Of a DNA stretch of 64,000 nt, positions 11,126 through 20,402 are shown one piece after another; the first letter of the stretch is position 1, and the number at the start of each line of letters is the position of its first letter. The DNA is from Cyanobacteria bacterium P01_D01_bin.156 (GTDB lineage: Bacteria > Cyanobacteriota > Cyanobacteriia > Phormidesmidales > Phormidesmidaceae), in the NCBI GenBank assembly GCA_039024555.1, contig JBCCQQ010000001.1, positions 1-64,000 of the forward strand. Direction: 5' to 3'. The notes under the pieces are model-generated. The model worked only from the letters and a program-made list of their open reading frames with translations, did no database searches and was not told the origin of the DNA. Position numbers and translations under genes: made by a program.

Positions 11126-11165
11126 AATCCCTAGCTGCTCCAACAGTTAGGGATTCTTTGTGTTT
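11126..11165 (+). terminator. Intrinsic terminator-like hairpin, antisense to the VapE leader
   Basis: GAATCCCTAGCTG-loop-CAGTTAGGGATTC followed by a T-rich tract. Confidence 0.55.
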
Positions 11166-11580
11166 GTTGTTGTCGCGTGGCTATGACAATGCACTGAAAT
11201 ACTATGTGCTCACTTACTCGTGAGACACCGATAGTATTTCTAGGCAGTTATTGTCAGATTGTCCTCAAGACATCTATCGAACCAAACACTGCTACTTTGG
11301 CAATCGCTTTGATGTGACCATTTATTCCAGACGGCCTAAGCCTGTTCCACCGAGGTGATTAGGTGTTTGGATGAAATAGCAGTGCGTATGTATCAAATGA
11401 AAACTCACGATCGAGTATATAGGCGATCAATCAATAGCGGCAATATCGCTGTGCGATGATTTTGGTCGTTTTTGTGGAATATAACGTCCAATAAATCGCC
11501 AATAAGTACCGATATACTAGGCAATTCACGAAATGCCCTGTTTAATCATCAAGATTTGTAACGCAGGAAAAGGCTAGTCC

Positions 11581-11760
11581 CTACTCTGAGGCGGTATCAG
11601 CCTTTTCTTGGTCAAGGGCATCCAGGCGTTCCTCAAGTAGCACCTGGATTTTTTTATTGAGGCTGAGTTGCTTCCAAGCTGGATCGGTCCGCGCGGCTTC
11701 GATGCGATCGCGCAGGTTTGAAATATCTATGGTGAGCCTATCTCGTTTCTTTTCAGCCAT
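11581..11760 (-). CDS. 59-aa ribbon-helix-helix-like regulator (absent from the ORF track)
   Basis: Hand translation: MAEKKRDRLTIDISNLRDRIEAARTDPAWKQLSLNKKIQVLLEERLDALDQEKADTASE*. Alternating beta strand followed by two amphipathic helices. Confidence 0.7.
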   Translation of the reverse strand: MAEKKRDRLTIDISNLRDRIEAARTDPAWKQLSLNKKIQVLLEERLDALDQEKADTASE

Positions 11761-11785
11761 TCAAGCGCCTAATTTAGTAAGGGTG

Positions 11786-11873
11786 TGTCACCATTTTGGT
11801 GACAAGTTGATCCAAGCGGCGCTGTTGTGTTAAAACAGAGTCGTTGGTGACAAGTGGTGACAAATGATGACGA
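11786..11873. promoter_or_regulatory. TGGTGACA operator cluster in the divergent promoter region
   Basis: Palindrome TGTCACCA-TTT-TGGTGACA (11786-11804). Direct copies at 11845 and 11855 and a degenerate copy at 11865, with a 10-bp period. Confidence 0.65.
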
Positions 11874-12275
11874 GGTAGGTGTATCTCCGTCACAAGTAGT
11901 CAGTTTACGTTATTCGGACCTTTCAAGAACTCATACCCGTTCCACCCTTTCAAATTCAATCCAGCAGATACTTTCAGCTCTTTCGCCCGGAGATTACTAT
12001 GGCGATGCTTATTCGGCAACTGTCCAAGGCTGACAGGGGATGTCGGTCCATAGCACCCTTTTTGCTACATCGTATTGGTTGCGATGTAAGAGGCCTCGCT
12101 CCCCTGCCCTCTCAAGTTCCTCGATGGCTTATAGCAGTAGTGAGGTCAATTCAAGAGATTCGTTCTACTGGTGCTCTCTTGGTCATCCCACCGGTAGGTC
12201 GGCACACAAATAGATTCATTGAGCAAGGGACGTTTGCCTTGGTCTCAATTATGGTTACAGCACCCAAAAGCCCCA

Positions 12276-12587
12276 ATGACGCATCATATTCCTGACAATC
12301 GGCGGGCCAGTATCAGCATTGATCTCATTCCTTACATTCGACAAAAAATGGTGGAGTGGGATGTTGATTTCAGTTCTGCTATCAATACGTTGTTATTGGA
12401 TCATAAACGAGCTGGATTAACAGTTATTGGAAGCCGAGAAGTTACAACAACTTCTCATTTGTCTGAAATCACTGATAGTGAAGGCCAAAGCAATCAACAA
12501 GCTTTTGATTCCGAAGCAACTATTTCTAATCTTGTAAGCCTTTTAGATCACAAGCTGTCGCTCACACAACAGCGAAGAGAGGGTTAG
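12276..12587 (+). CDS. Small RHH-like DNA-binding protein
   Basis: RRASISIDLIPYIRQKMVEWDVDFSSAINTLL fits a strand-helix-helix pattern. Probable start ATG 12276. Confidence 0.55.
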   Translation: MTHHIPDNRRASISIDLIPYIRQKMVEWDVDFSSAINTLLLDHKRAGLTVIGSREVTTTSHLSEITDSEGQSNQQAFDSEATISNLVSLLDHKLSLTQQRREG

Positions 12588-12795
12588 TCCTCCCTCAGCA
12601 CAAGAACAACATTGACGGTTACCCAGTAAGGGGGTGATTGAAATGAACACATGTCGCAGCTGGGTCAGCCTCTTACCTCCAGCCCAGCTGCTGCTGCCTG
12701 CTTCCAACTAAATGAAACCAGGACATAGCAATGATAAACGATCCACATAAGACTGAAGCGTTTTGCCAATCGTCGGCAATGACGATGAGGACAAC

Positions 12796-13035
12796 ATGCT
12801 GAAAAAGGCTAAGCAATCAGTGATTGCTGAATACACAGACTCTCAAGGGGGTACCTGGATTGCAGATATTCCCGTTCATGGCAATTGTCGTTCACCCTGT
12901 GCTGTTGCTTCTGAAGCCCAGACTAACGAGTTTACCTGGACGGGTGAAGCGGCCCTCAACTATGACCCTGATGGAGTGTCTGAAGGGCCTGTGGTGAGAG
13001 AGGGTGAGCCCACACAAATCATTCTCGTCGATTAG
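12796..13035 (+). CDS. Hypothetical protein
   Basis: ATG 12796 with upstream GAGG; co-oriented with its neighbours. Confidence 0.5.
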   Translation: MLKKAKQSVIAEYTDSQGGTWIADIPVHGNCRSPCAVASEAQTNEFTWTGEAALNYDPDGVSEGPVVREGEPTQIILVD

Positions 13036-13076
13036 CTGAGCATGTTCACTCACCTGCTCTTCTGAGCTATTTATCA

Positions 13077-13140
13077 CAACCGGATACCAACTAGTTCACA
13101 ACCAGATGTCAACCAGTTCACAACCAGTTGGTATCCGGTT
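13077..13140. repeat. Array of 11-bp-period CAAC(C/T)(A/G)G units bracketed by a perfect 15-bp inverted repeat
   Basis: Units at 13077, 13088, 13099, 13110 and 13121. AACCGGATACCAACT (13078-13092) pairs with AGTTGGTATCCGGTT (13126-13140). Confidence 0.85.
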
Positions 13141-13167
13141 ACCACACAGTTACTATACTTTTGACCA

Positions 13168-13743
13168 ATGAAGACACTTGCAGACCTCGCAAAAGAGCAT
13201 AATGTAAGCCCTCAAGCCGTTGCCAAATGGAGAGATAAGGCAGTTGCTGAATATGGTGAACTGCCATACCAACCAGATGGTAAACGGAAACTCTACGATG
13301 CCAACGAGGTTACTAAAATCCTCGAATTTAAACCTGCCCCAGATACCTTGCCTGTAACTGAGACCGAAATACTCACTGGGAATCATAGGGTTCCTGGCTC
13401 ACTGGCATCTATGCCTACCACTGTTGACTTAGGGGCCATTCGTGGAGATGCAGAGTTAACCCTCTATAACGACGATGCTCTGGCTGCGGTAGACCAAGCT
13501 CTAGAGCTGGCCGATCAAATGCTTGATGCGATCGAAGAAGATACAGAATTCCAGTTTCAACAACTCCAGAAAACTCAGTCAGCCAATGCCAAGTTACAGC
13601 GGAAAGTAGACCAGTTAAATCAACGTAAAGAACGGTATAAGGCTGACTCCAGGCTTTTGTCTCTGATTCAGGGAAAGGAATCGACTCAACTACAAGAAAA
13701 CATGAAAACCCTAAAAGGACTCGGAGAACAATCCCAGAGTTGA
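13168..13743 (+). CDS. HTH plus coiled-coil DNA-binding protein
   Basis: MKTLADLAKEHNVSPQAVAKWR helix-turn-helix with wing; long heptad-rich C-terminus. Confidence 0.8.
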   Translation: MKTLADLAKEHNVSPQAVAKWRDKAVAEYGELPYQPDGKRKLYDANEVTKILEFKPAPDTLPVTETEILTGNHRVPGSLASMPTTVDLGAIRGDAELTLYNDDALAAVDQALELADQMLDAIEEDTEFQFQQLQKTQSANAKLQRKVDQLNQRKERYKADSRLLSLIQGKESTQLQENMKTLKGLGEQSQS

Positions 13744-13822
13744 TCTGGTGGTTCTTTTCCTGGTTGTTCTCAGAAGATACAGCCTAGCGCATCAATATTG
13801 ACGACTTACTTCCCGGAGAAAG

Positions 13823-14224
13823 ATGAATAGAAGCAGATTTCGATTATTCACGATCGTGCCACTGGATCTGGTGCTTGCTTTTGGTCTGGTGAGCTGTGGC
13901 GACATTATCAGCGATGTGGTTAACGGCATTAGCTCAGAGGCGGTGGCCGCTGCTGAGCAAGCGGGCCTGGTCGCTGCGGCTCCTGAACCATCCCTTGAAG
14001 CATTCACGATGGTGGGGGCTCAGAAGCTTACAGAGCACCAGGTGCTGAGTGTGCTCTATCTACAGTGGCCTCAGAGCCACAAAGCTATGGAAAGCCTTTT
14101 GGGGCCTCCTGAATTGCGGGATAAGGCTGTAGACCAGTACACCATGCCCAATGGCAATAAGATGACCATTCTCTATAACGGCTCAGGAATGGCTACTGGC
14201 TATACGTTAGGAGACTCGAACTAA
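13823..14224 (+). CDS. Putative lipoprotein
   Basis: Basic N-terminus, hydrophobic stretch and LVSC lipobox-like motif. Confidence 0.6.
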   Translation: MNRSRFRLFTIVPLDLVLAFGLVSCGDIISDVVNGISSEAVAAAEQAGLVAAAPEPSLEAFTMVGAQKLTEHQVLSVLYLQWPQSHKAMESLLGPPELRDKAVDQYTMPNGNKMTILYNGSGMATGYTLGDSN

Positions 14225-14460
14225 TGAAGTGGCTTGATGCACGAACCTTGCCCCCTGGCTCACCTGGACGCCTGCGAGTGGCTTTGAACTGTCGTGAAGG
14301 GGTTGACCCTGGCAGTGCGATCGCAGATTGGGGCGACTATGAGGAGGATTACCCTACTACTTACGTCAATCAGGACCATAATAAGGGAGTAGATAATTAC
14401 TACCGATGGGGCACGCCCATCGAGGTTGAAATTCTAGGAGGGCCTCAGCATGAAGGTTAA
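14224..14460 (+). CDS. Hypothetical protein
   Basis: TAATG stop/start overlap with the upstream gene. Confidence 0.55.
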   Translation: MKWLDARTLPPGSPGRLRVALNCREGVDPGSAIADWGDYEEDYPTTYVNQDHNKGVDNYYRWGTPIEVEILGGPQHEG

Positions 14461-14680
14461 AATCCATCAGACAGCTCCTGAGAACTTGCCTCCTGGCCAG
14501 CAGGAGCTATTGGAGCTGCTTATCGAAATTGCTCGAAATCGCACTCCTATGACCAAGGCTGAGTTGATGGGGCGGCTGAACTTGTCCATTGTGGCACCGC
14601 TTAACTCCCGGTTTGACCATCTACAGGATAAGGGCATTATCAGCGGGTTTATTAGCCCATATGCGGCTCAGGCTGCTTAG
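14450..14680 (+). CDS. Small winged-helix protein
   Basis: GGAGG RBS. MTKAELMGRLNL...RFDHLQDKGII matches a wHTH pattern. Confidence 0.6.
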   Translation: MKVKIHQTAPENLPPGQQELLELLIEIARNRTPMTKAELMGRLNLSIVAPLNSRFDHLQDKGIISGFISPYAAQAA

Positions 14681-14717
14681 TGATGCCAGACGTTGGATTT
14701 TGTGGAGCTTTTAGCTG

Positions 14718-15665
14718 CTATGCGGCAGTTGGCTCAATATCAAGCGCCTCTTGCATTGCAGCTATTAGTTTTTCTACCTTCTGGGCATCGGACCAGATTG
14801 AGGACTTTGTGAGCTGAGTCCATAGAGTTTTCACGGGCTTTGGTGGCCCCATTGTTGTGATTCGATTCTTACTGGCTGGTGGTTTATTAAGGGCCTTTAT
14901 CTGCTCTTTGATTTTTCGCACTGAGAGTTTGTGATCGATGGCTTTGTTAAGCAGTAATTGACGTTGTGCAGGGTCCTTTACTTTGTTGATTTCTAGGACA
15001 TGGTTGTAGCCAAGTCCACCACTTAGATGGGCTTGGCGAAGCTCGTCAGGTAGGTTTAGTAGCGGTAGATATTTTGTCCTAAAGGTTTCGAGCTGAATAT
15101 TATAGTGTGCAAGGGTTTGCTTAATCCTATCTAGAATGACATTGGGGGAAACGTTTCCCCCAATTTGTCTTCGATGATGTCCCTTGGCTTGAATTAAGGC
15201 AACAACACTAGACCGATCGATGTGATGCTTGATTTCAATAAGATGAAGAATTGCTTCGACTTCTTCTAGCTTGCTCAGATCTTCGCGAATCACATTTTCA
15301 TCTAAGGCTCGTTGGAATGCTTCTGCATCTGAAAGCTCTTCTACAAGACAATTTACGCTTTCAATTTTGGCAATCTTGGCTGCTCGCCATCGCCGCTCCC
15401 CGGCAATGATTTCATACTTTCCGTTTTTAGGACGAACATAAATAATACTGGTAAAGCCTTGCGACTCAATTGCTTTGGCAAGTATCTCAATTTCAGCGTC
15501 ATCAAACACAGATCGAGGCTGGGTGGGAGCTGGAATTATCTGCTCAATGGGAATCAAGCAGATTCTCTCATCGCCCTCCGGAGCCTCAACTGTTGGCATT
15601 CCTGCCAATAATTGATCCAGACCACGTTTTCGTCTTCTTTTCTCTGTATTAGCCGTATTTCCCAT
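14718..15665 (-). CDS. parB: ParB/Spo0J partition protein
   Basis: RGLDQLL N-terminal peptide, QPRSVFD, YEIIAGERRWRAA, ENVIREDL. Confidence 0.95.
   Translation of the reverse strand: MGNTANTEKRRRKRGLDQLLAGMPTVEAPEGDERICLIPIEQIIPAPTQPRSVFDDAEIEILAKAIESQGFTSIIYVRPKNGKYEIIAGERRWRAAKIAKIESVNCLVEELSDAEAFQRALDENVIREDLSKLEEVEAILHLIEIKHHIDRSSVVALIQAKGHHRRQIGGNVSPNVILDRIKQTLAHYNIQLETFRTKYLPLLNLPDELRQAHLSGGLGYNHVLEINKVKDPAQRQLLLNKAIDHKLSVRKIKEQIKALNKPPASKNRITTMGPPKPVKTLWTQLTKSSIWSDAQKVEKLIAAMQEALDIEPTAA
15141..15164. promoter_or_regulatory. parS-like perfect palindrome inside parB
   Basis: ATTGGGGGAAACGTTTCCCCCAAT is a 24-bp perfect palindrome; the same core recurs at 16440. Confidence 0.75.
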
Positions 15666-16426
15666 TAGCAGTGCTCCAAAAAATCTGCCAGTTTTTCGAG
15701 TGGGGTGATCGCAATGTGATTTTTATTGAACACAGCCAGTGGTTGTCTGGCGCGCCATGTGTTGTCAAAATCAGTTGCCTTTGGAATGGGAGTCAGTACT
15801 GGGAGCTTCCCAAACTCATCACGAATTTCTTCTAGGTGGTCTTTATCGTGTTTGGCTCTCGTGTCAAACATCGTAGGAATTGCCCCAGCTACTCTTAGGC
15901 GAGGGTTTGCCCCTTTTTGTATGGACACGATGGTATCTCTGAGATCCTCAGCACCTTCCAATCCCTTGGAATTGGTTCGCACAGGTATCATGAGATGCGT
16001 TGAGGCAATCAGGCTCATGATACTTAGAGGTCCTAGATTGGGAGGGCAGTCAATCAGGATAAAGGAATATGTTTGACGCTTGTTGGCTAGGGTTTCCCGT
16101 AGTCGCACCTGCCATTCAGCAGAACTTAAGAGTTCAGTGTAGATAGCTGCTAAGTCAGTATTGGCTGGCACAAGGTCGACACCATACCAATTTTTATGAA
16201 TTGGAGCTGGTGTTTCATCAATAAGTGCATCAGCGATAGTGCTATTTAAATCATTTGGTTCTAGCCCAAGATAGCGGGTGAGAGAACCTTGAGCATCCAT
16301 ATCAATGAGTAAGACTGTGTGTCCCTTCTTAACAAGGTGATACCCTGCACTAGCGGTTAGAGTTGTTTTACCCATACCACCAGCTTGATTAACAAAAGAA
16401 ATAATGCGGCTCAACGTAATCCTCAA
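15665..16426 (-). CDS. parA: ParA/Soj partition ATPase
   Basis: NQAGGMGKTT deviant Walker A, LIDMDAQGSLT, ILIDCPPNLG. Confidence 0.95.
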   Translation of the reverse strand: MRITLSRIISFVNQAGGMGKTTLTASAGYHLVKKGHTVLLIDMDAQGSLTRYLGLEPNDLNSTIADALIDETPAPIHKNWYGVDLVPANTDLAAIYTELLSSAEWQVRLRETLANKRQTYSFILIDCPPNLGPLSIMSLIASTHLMIPVRTNSKGLEGAEDLRDTIVSIQKGANPRLRVAGAIPTMFDTRAKHDKDHLEEIRDEFGKLPVLTPIPKATDFDNTWRARQPLAVFNKNHIAITPLEKLADFLEHC

Positions 16427-16439
16427 AGGAAATAGTGGG

Positions 16440-16459
16440 TGGGGGAAACGTTTCCCCCA
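16440..16459. promoter_or_regulatory. parS-like perfect palindrome immediately upstream of parA
   Basis: TGGGGGAAACGTTTCCCCCA is a 20-bp perfect palindrome. Confidence 0.75.
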
Positions 16460-16703
16460 TTGTCCACTCTCAGTTCTTACTCATTGGAGAGTTCCATAAG
16501 TTTCTTTCCACAGCAAGTGTTTTGCCTATTTTTGAGTGATTTTTGTGCTCAGGTTCAAAAGCTTTCTTGGGAAGTCGATTTTAGGCAACAGATTTTTATT
16601 GCGTTACCTACTAAGCTATGCCACTGTCACAGTGTTTAGCAAACTACAATGAGTTTAGAGATAAGTGTCTGTAGAGATTTGATTTAACTGAGCAAAAAAG
16701 GGC

Positions 16704-16737
16704 ACAAAAAAACCCGTCTGCAAACGGGTTCTTTTGT
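16704..16737 (-). terminator. Terminator hairpin of a putative counter-transcript in the rep leader
   Basis: Minus strand reads AACCCGT-TTGCAG-ACGGGTT followed by a T tract. TTGACG-17 nt-TAATTA lies upstream on the minus strand (16813-16785). Confidence 0.55.
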
Positions 16738-16885
16738 AAGGATAAGTTCTCGCGGGGAGAACAGGAGCATTTCAATACCCTTCCTAATTACCCCCTAAAA
16801 CTGAGTCCGTCAAGGCGTTTTTTACAGCGCAATGCTATTTCTTTGCCTTGAAGCTATTTTTTTGCTCCCAAAACGGGAGAATGGG

Positions 16886-18187
16886 ATGACTACATCCATT
16901 GCGGGGGGCTATAAGTCTCTGAGCGTAATCCAGTTGTGTAATGTACTGGCGGCTGTGGAGCAAAAAAGGATCAGCTATAAAGCATTCCGTATTTTCTTTG
17001 CTGCTGTTTCGATGCTGGCGACTCGGCAAGCGGTTCAACGAATTAAAGATAGTACGACACCAGTTGAGTTTAGTCTGGATGAGATTGAATCGTTAATTGA
17101 TACGACTAGTAAGCGCTCGATCAAGGGCGAGCTGACTCAACTTAGAGCAGCTAATCTGTTGCAGTTCTCAGCATCAGAGGTAAAGGTTAATGTTGAACTG
17201 GTTGAAGGTGCGGAAGAGCGTATTGACCAGATTACAGGGGAGGGGAGGAGTGGCCGTCGGTTAGTTCCGGTGCCACGTCGAGTTTTGCGATACCTGGCTA
17301 GGTGTTCAAAGCCTGCTGTGGCAAAGGCAATCATTGCTTATTTAATTCGTGGTTTGTCGCGGAAGCGGGATGGCGGTATCCATGCTTGTGGGTCGGTCAA
17401 ATCGGGTTGGGTTGCTAAGATAGCAGGTATTTCGCTCAGGGCTGCTAAGGCTGCTAGACGAAACTTGATTGACCTGGGTTGGCTATCTGAGGATATTGGT
17501 TCATTTCAACGTAAGCTGAATCGGACTGGTGCATATTTTGAGATCGATATTAATTGGCAATTAGGAGAGATAGGTGCTCAGTCAAAGGATAGGAAAGCTA
17601 TCCAATCAGTAGAGGAATGCAGTAATTCTGCACTCCCTACCTCCCCAAAATGCGCTGCATTTGCACCCCCTAATAAAGACGAGAAAACTCTTTCAGATCA
17701 TAAAAACCAGAAAACTCATTCTGGTTCTTCAAAGAAGCGATTGGGAGAACCTCAATTGAATAATATTCAGCCCCATGACATTAAAAGTATGCCGAGGCTG
17801 CTCGCGCTCTGCCATCAGGCAACAGCACAAGGATGGCTAGAAGCTTCTGAAGCAAATATGCTGTTTTTCATTGCAGCAGCAGTTCATGTGAAACAAACGG
17901 CCTGCAAAGATCCAGTCCGAGTTTTTGTCAGCATTATTCGTAATAACTTGAGATCTCATATTACTCAAGCACAGGAAGATCACGCGCGAAGAAAGTTTCA
18001 TGCCTATCAACAGAAGTCACGATCTCATATGGGATTAAGTCTTTCTATTTCGATAAACAATAAAACATTAGACAAAGGAATACATGCAATGAAAGGGTTA
18101 GTGCCTCAGGTCTTGCTCAGCGTGTTCGGGAATTCGTCTGATCTAGCTTCATCGCAGCAAAATGCTCTAGCAACATGCGATGAATGA
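16886..18187 (+). CDS. Putative plasmid replication initiator (HTH-containing)
   Basis: Divergent from parAB. Two wHTH-like segments (FSLDEIESLI...LTQLRAANLL; WVAKIAGISLRAAKAARRNLIDLGWL) and a very basic composition. The ORF is open from 16832. Function is inferred from context. Confidence 0.6.
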   Translation: MTTSIAGGYKSLSVIQLCNVLAAVEQKRISYKAFRIFFAAVSMLATRQAVQRIKDSTTPVEFSLDEIESLIDTTSKRSIKGELTQLRAANLLQFSASEVKVNVELVEGAEERIDQITGEGRSGRRLVPVPRRVLRYLARCSKPAVAKAIIAYLIRGLSRKRDGGIHACGSVKSGWVAKIAGISLRAAKAARRNLIDLGWLSEDIGSFQRKLNRTGAYFEIDINWQLGEIGAQSKDRKAIQSVEECSNSALPTSPKCAAFAPPNKDEKTLSDHKNQKTHSGSSKKRLGEPQLNNIQPHDIKSMPRLLALCHQATAQGWLEASEANMLFFIAAAVHVKQTACKDPVRVFVSIIRNNLRSHITQAQEDHARRKFHAYQQKSRSHMGLSLSISINNKTLDKGIHAMKGLVPQVLLSVFGNSSDLASSQQNALATCDE

Positions 18188-20402
18188 AAATATAGCCACC
18201 CCCCACTTTTTGCAAGAAGAGACGTTCAGCAGCATAATCAAGGAAGCGAGCATAGTGCCAGGGGGCATATCCCATAAGGGAAATCATCAGGCGTAGCACC
18301 AAATGTTTTAAGCAGGATATGCCTCCGTTGGCAAGCCCAACAATTAAAGCCGCAATCATGCAAGGGTACAGTGCAATAGGCAAGTTAACAAAAAAGAAAA
18401 AAAGAAATGACTGTGATTGATATGCACCAGAGAATCGAAAGATCACTGCATACAATAATTCGAAACTGATCAACAAAAAAGCAAACGTCACAGTTGCTAC
18501 AAATAAAGAATTTCTGCTTGAATGCCAAATGCCCTGGTTAGGATATGCCTTAAATGCTAATTCAGTGTAGGAAACTCCACTATTAATAAAGCCTAAAAGG
18601 AGCCCTGGTACTCCCCCCGACAAGACTCCTAAGGAGAACTTGGCAGGTCTACTAACCCACCAACTAATGGCCACACCTATCAATCCTGGAATCGCTGAAG
18701 CTAGGTCTAATCTCAAAAGTTCCCAAGACCAATTGGGTGTTTCCACTTTCTTATGGTCCCACCGTGTCAAGCCAACTGTGAGTAAAACAATTGAACCTAA
18801 AAATAATCCAAGAATTGGTCCTATATGCCACCCTATATATCCACCAATGAGACCAGGAATCAACCAGGAAATACCACTCAAAACTTTTGGCAAAGAACTT
18901 TTCGCTTCTTTAAAGGACCAACTTAGGGTCTCAAGGGTTTTGATCTCTTTCCATGTTAACCCAACGACCAGACCCATTATAACGCCTTCGATTGTTCCGG
19001 TATATGTAAGATAACGAAGGAGAGAAGAAGGATCAACAAAAGTCAGACTCTCTGCTGAAAGAAAATATTTATAGATGATATTCGACAACACTAATTGAAG
19101 TAGTGTCGTGATCAACATTACAGCTGCTTTGCCAATTATTCCGCTAATTAGCACAGTATTGATTATGTACAATATTCTTTCTGATCTTTTTTTAAGCCAA
19201 TTCGGTTGTATCCTTTCGACGACGAAGACTGTTTGAGTAGCAGCAGTCATGTTCTGGGCCAAGTGAATTAGCCATTGTTGAGTTCTGTGTTTAGAGTATT
19301 TTTGGGTGTCTCCTCGACGGTGAAACATCCTTTCAATATAGTTGTCAAATAAGCGCTTACGCCAAGCCTCAGCTGTACTTAACTTGGGAATTGCATCTAA
19401 GGAACAGTCATGGTAAGCCAGACTCATGATGCTCAACATGAGAGGTGATGAAGCAAATGACAGCAAGTCGGTATTGTTTTGTAGCAAGCGCTTTAAGCAC
19501 CATAACTGGCTTCCAGCTTTATCAAGATATTGACAAATTTGTTTAGAGGTCAAAGGTTGAACATATATAGCACTTCGTAATTTCACCTTTTCAGAAAGAG
19601 TTTCATAATCTTGAATGCGGCTACATAAGGTTAACTCAGTGCGGCCATGTGATTGGATAAATATGTTTAGTTCTTGGACACAAGTATCTCGATACTTAGC
19701 TGAAACCTCATCTAGTCCATCCAACAACAGAATTAATTGCTCGTCATCAATCCAGGCTTTGCCTAATGACTTAGAGACTTGATAGGTTTCATAGAGTTCT
19801 TGGACTAACCAATCTGAAATAGATTTTCGTTGTTTGACCCAGGAAGATAAGTTTAGCACTACTGGTAAGGGCTGACTGAGGGCATTTTCAGTCCGATTAA
19901 TTAGGGTTTCTGCTAGCTTTAGTAGCGTTACCGTTTTGCCCGACCCAGGTTCTCCCAAAATCAGCAGAGTTCGACCAGCTCCAATATCTTCGAAAATGTC
20001 TGCTGCTGTAGTCCCTGGAGCAAAAACTTGTCGAGAATCTGAGGAAAACTCTTCAACTCCTTCTAAGGGACTCGGTACATAATCACTTCGCTCTTCTAAG
20101 CTCAGCTCAATTAGGACTTGATTATGTAGTGATTTTTTTAAGACTCCATCAATCCAGAATTGTTTAACCTTACTGAGCAAAACCCGACGCCATTCATATT
20201 CCTGCTTGCTAAGCGTTTTTGCTGCACTCAGGGGAGCTTGATCGACTTGAACAGTTCCAAAGACATTGATAGAGCCAACGCCACCTTGAATTTGAGTAAG
20301 CTTAAGGTCACGCCCTGCAATGCCACCAATCTGGACGGTTTCTAGAACACTGTCCGAGATATTGAGTTCTTGGTTAGATGGCTCTGGGGACTGCTCACTC
20401 AT
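18117..20402 (-). CDS. NACHT NTPase with C-terminal multi-pass membrane region and N-terminal RHIM-like motif
   Basis: GEPGSGKT Walker A, LLLDGLDEV Walker B, SPLML, glycine-rich TM helices, PNQGIW and FLQKVGGGYIFIHRML tail. Confidence 0.92.
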   Translation of the reverse strand: MSEQSPEPSNQELNISDSVLETVQIGGIAGRDLKLTQIQGGVGSINVFGTVQVDQAPLSAAKTLSKQEYEWRRVLLSKVKQFWIDGVLKKSLHNQVLIELSLEERSDYVPSPLEGVEEFSSDSRQVFAPGTTAADIFEDIGAGRTLLILGEPGSGKTVTLLKLAETLINRTENALSQPLPVVLNLSSWVKQRKSISDWLVQELYETYQVSKSLGKAWIDDEQLILLLDGLDEVSAKYRDTCVQELNIFIQSHGRTELTLCSRIQDYETLSEKVKLRSAIYVQPLTSKQICQYLDKAGSQLWCLKRLLQNNTDLLSFASSPLMLSIMSLAYHDCSLDAIPKLSTAEAWRKRLFDNYIERMFHRRGDTQKYSKHRTQQWLIHLAQNMTAATQTVFVVERIQPNWLKKRSERILYIINTVLISGIIGKAAVMLITTLLQLVLSNIIYKYFLSAESLTFVDPSSLLRYLTYTGTIEGVIMGLVVGLTWKEIKTLETLSWSFKEAKSSLPKVLSGISWLIPGLIGGYIGWHIGPILGLFLGSIVLLTVGLTRWDHKKVETPNWSWELLRLDLASAIPGLIGVAISWWVSRPAKFSLGVLSGGVPGLLLGFINSGVSYTELAFKAYPNQGIWHSSRNSLFVATVTFAFLLISFELLYAVIFRFSGAYQSQSFLFFFFVNLPIALYPCMIAALIVGLANGGISCLKHLVLRLMISLMGYAPWHYARFLDYAAERLFLQKVGGGYIFIHRMLLEHFAAMKLDQTNSRTR

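Noticed and set aside
11999..12295. 98-aa ORF
   Set aside because: No recognisable motif, and it overlaps the better-supported downstream gene. Left uncalled.
13077..13140. CRISPR array (also considered for 33441-33509)
   Set aside because: Repeats are too short, there are no unique spacers of about 30-40 nt, and no cas genes are present.
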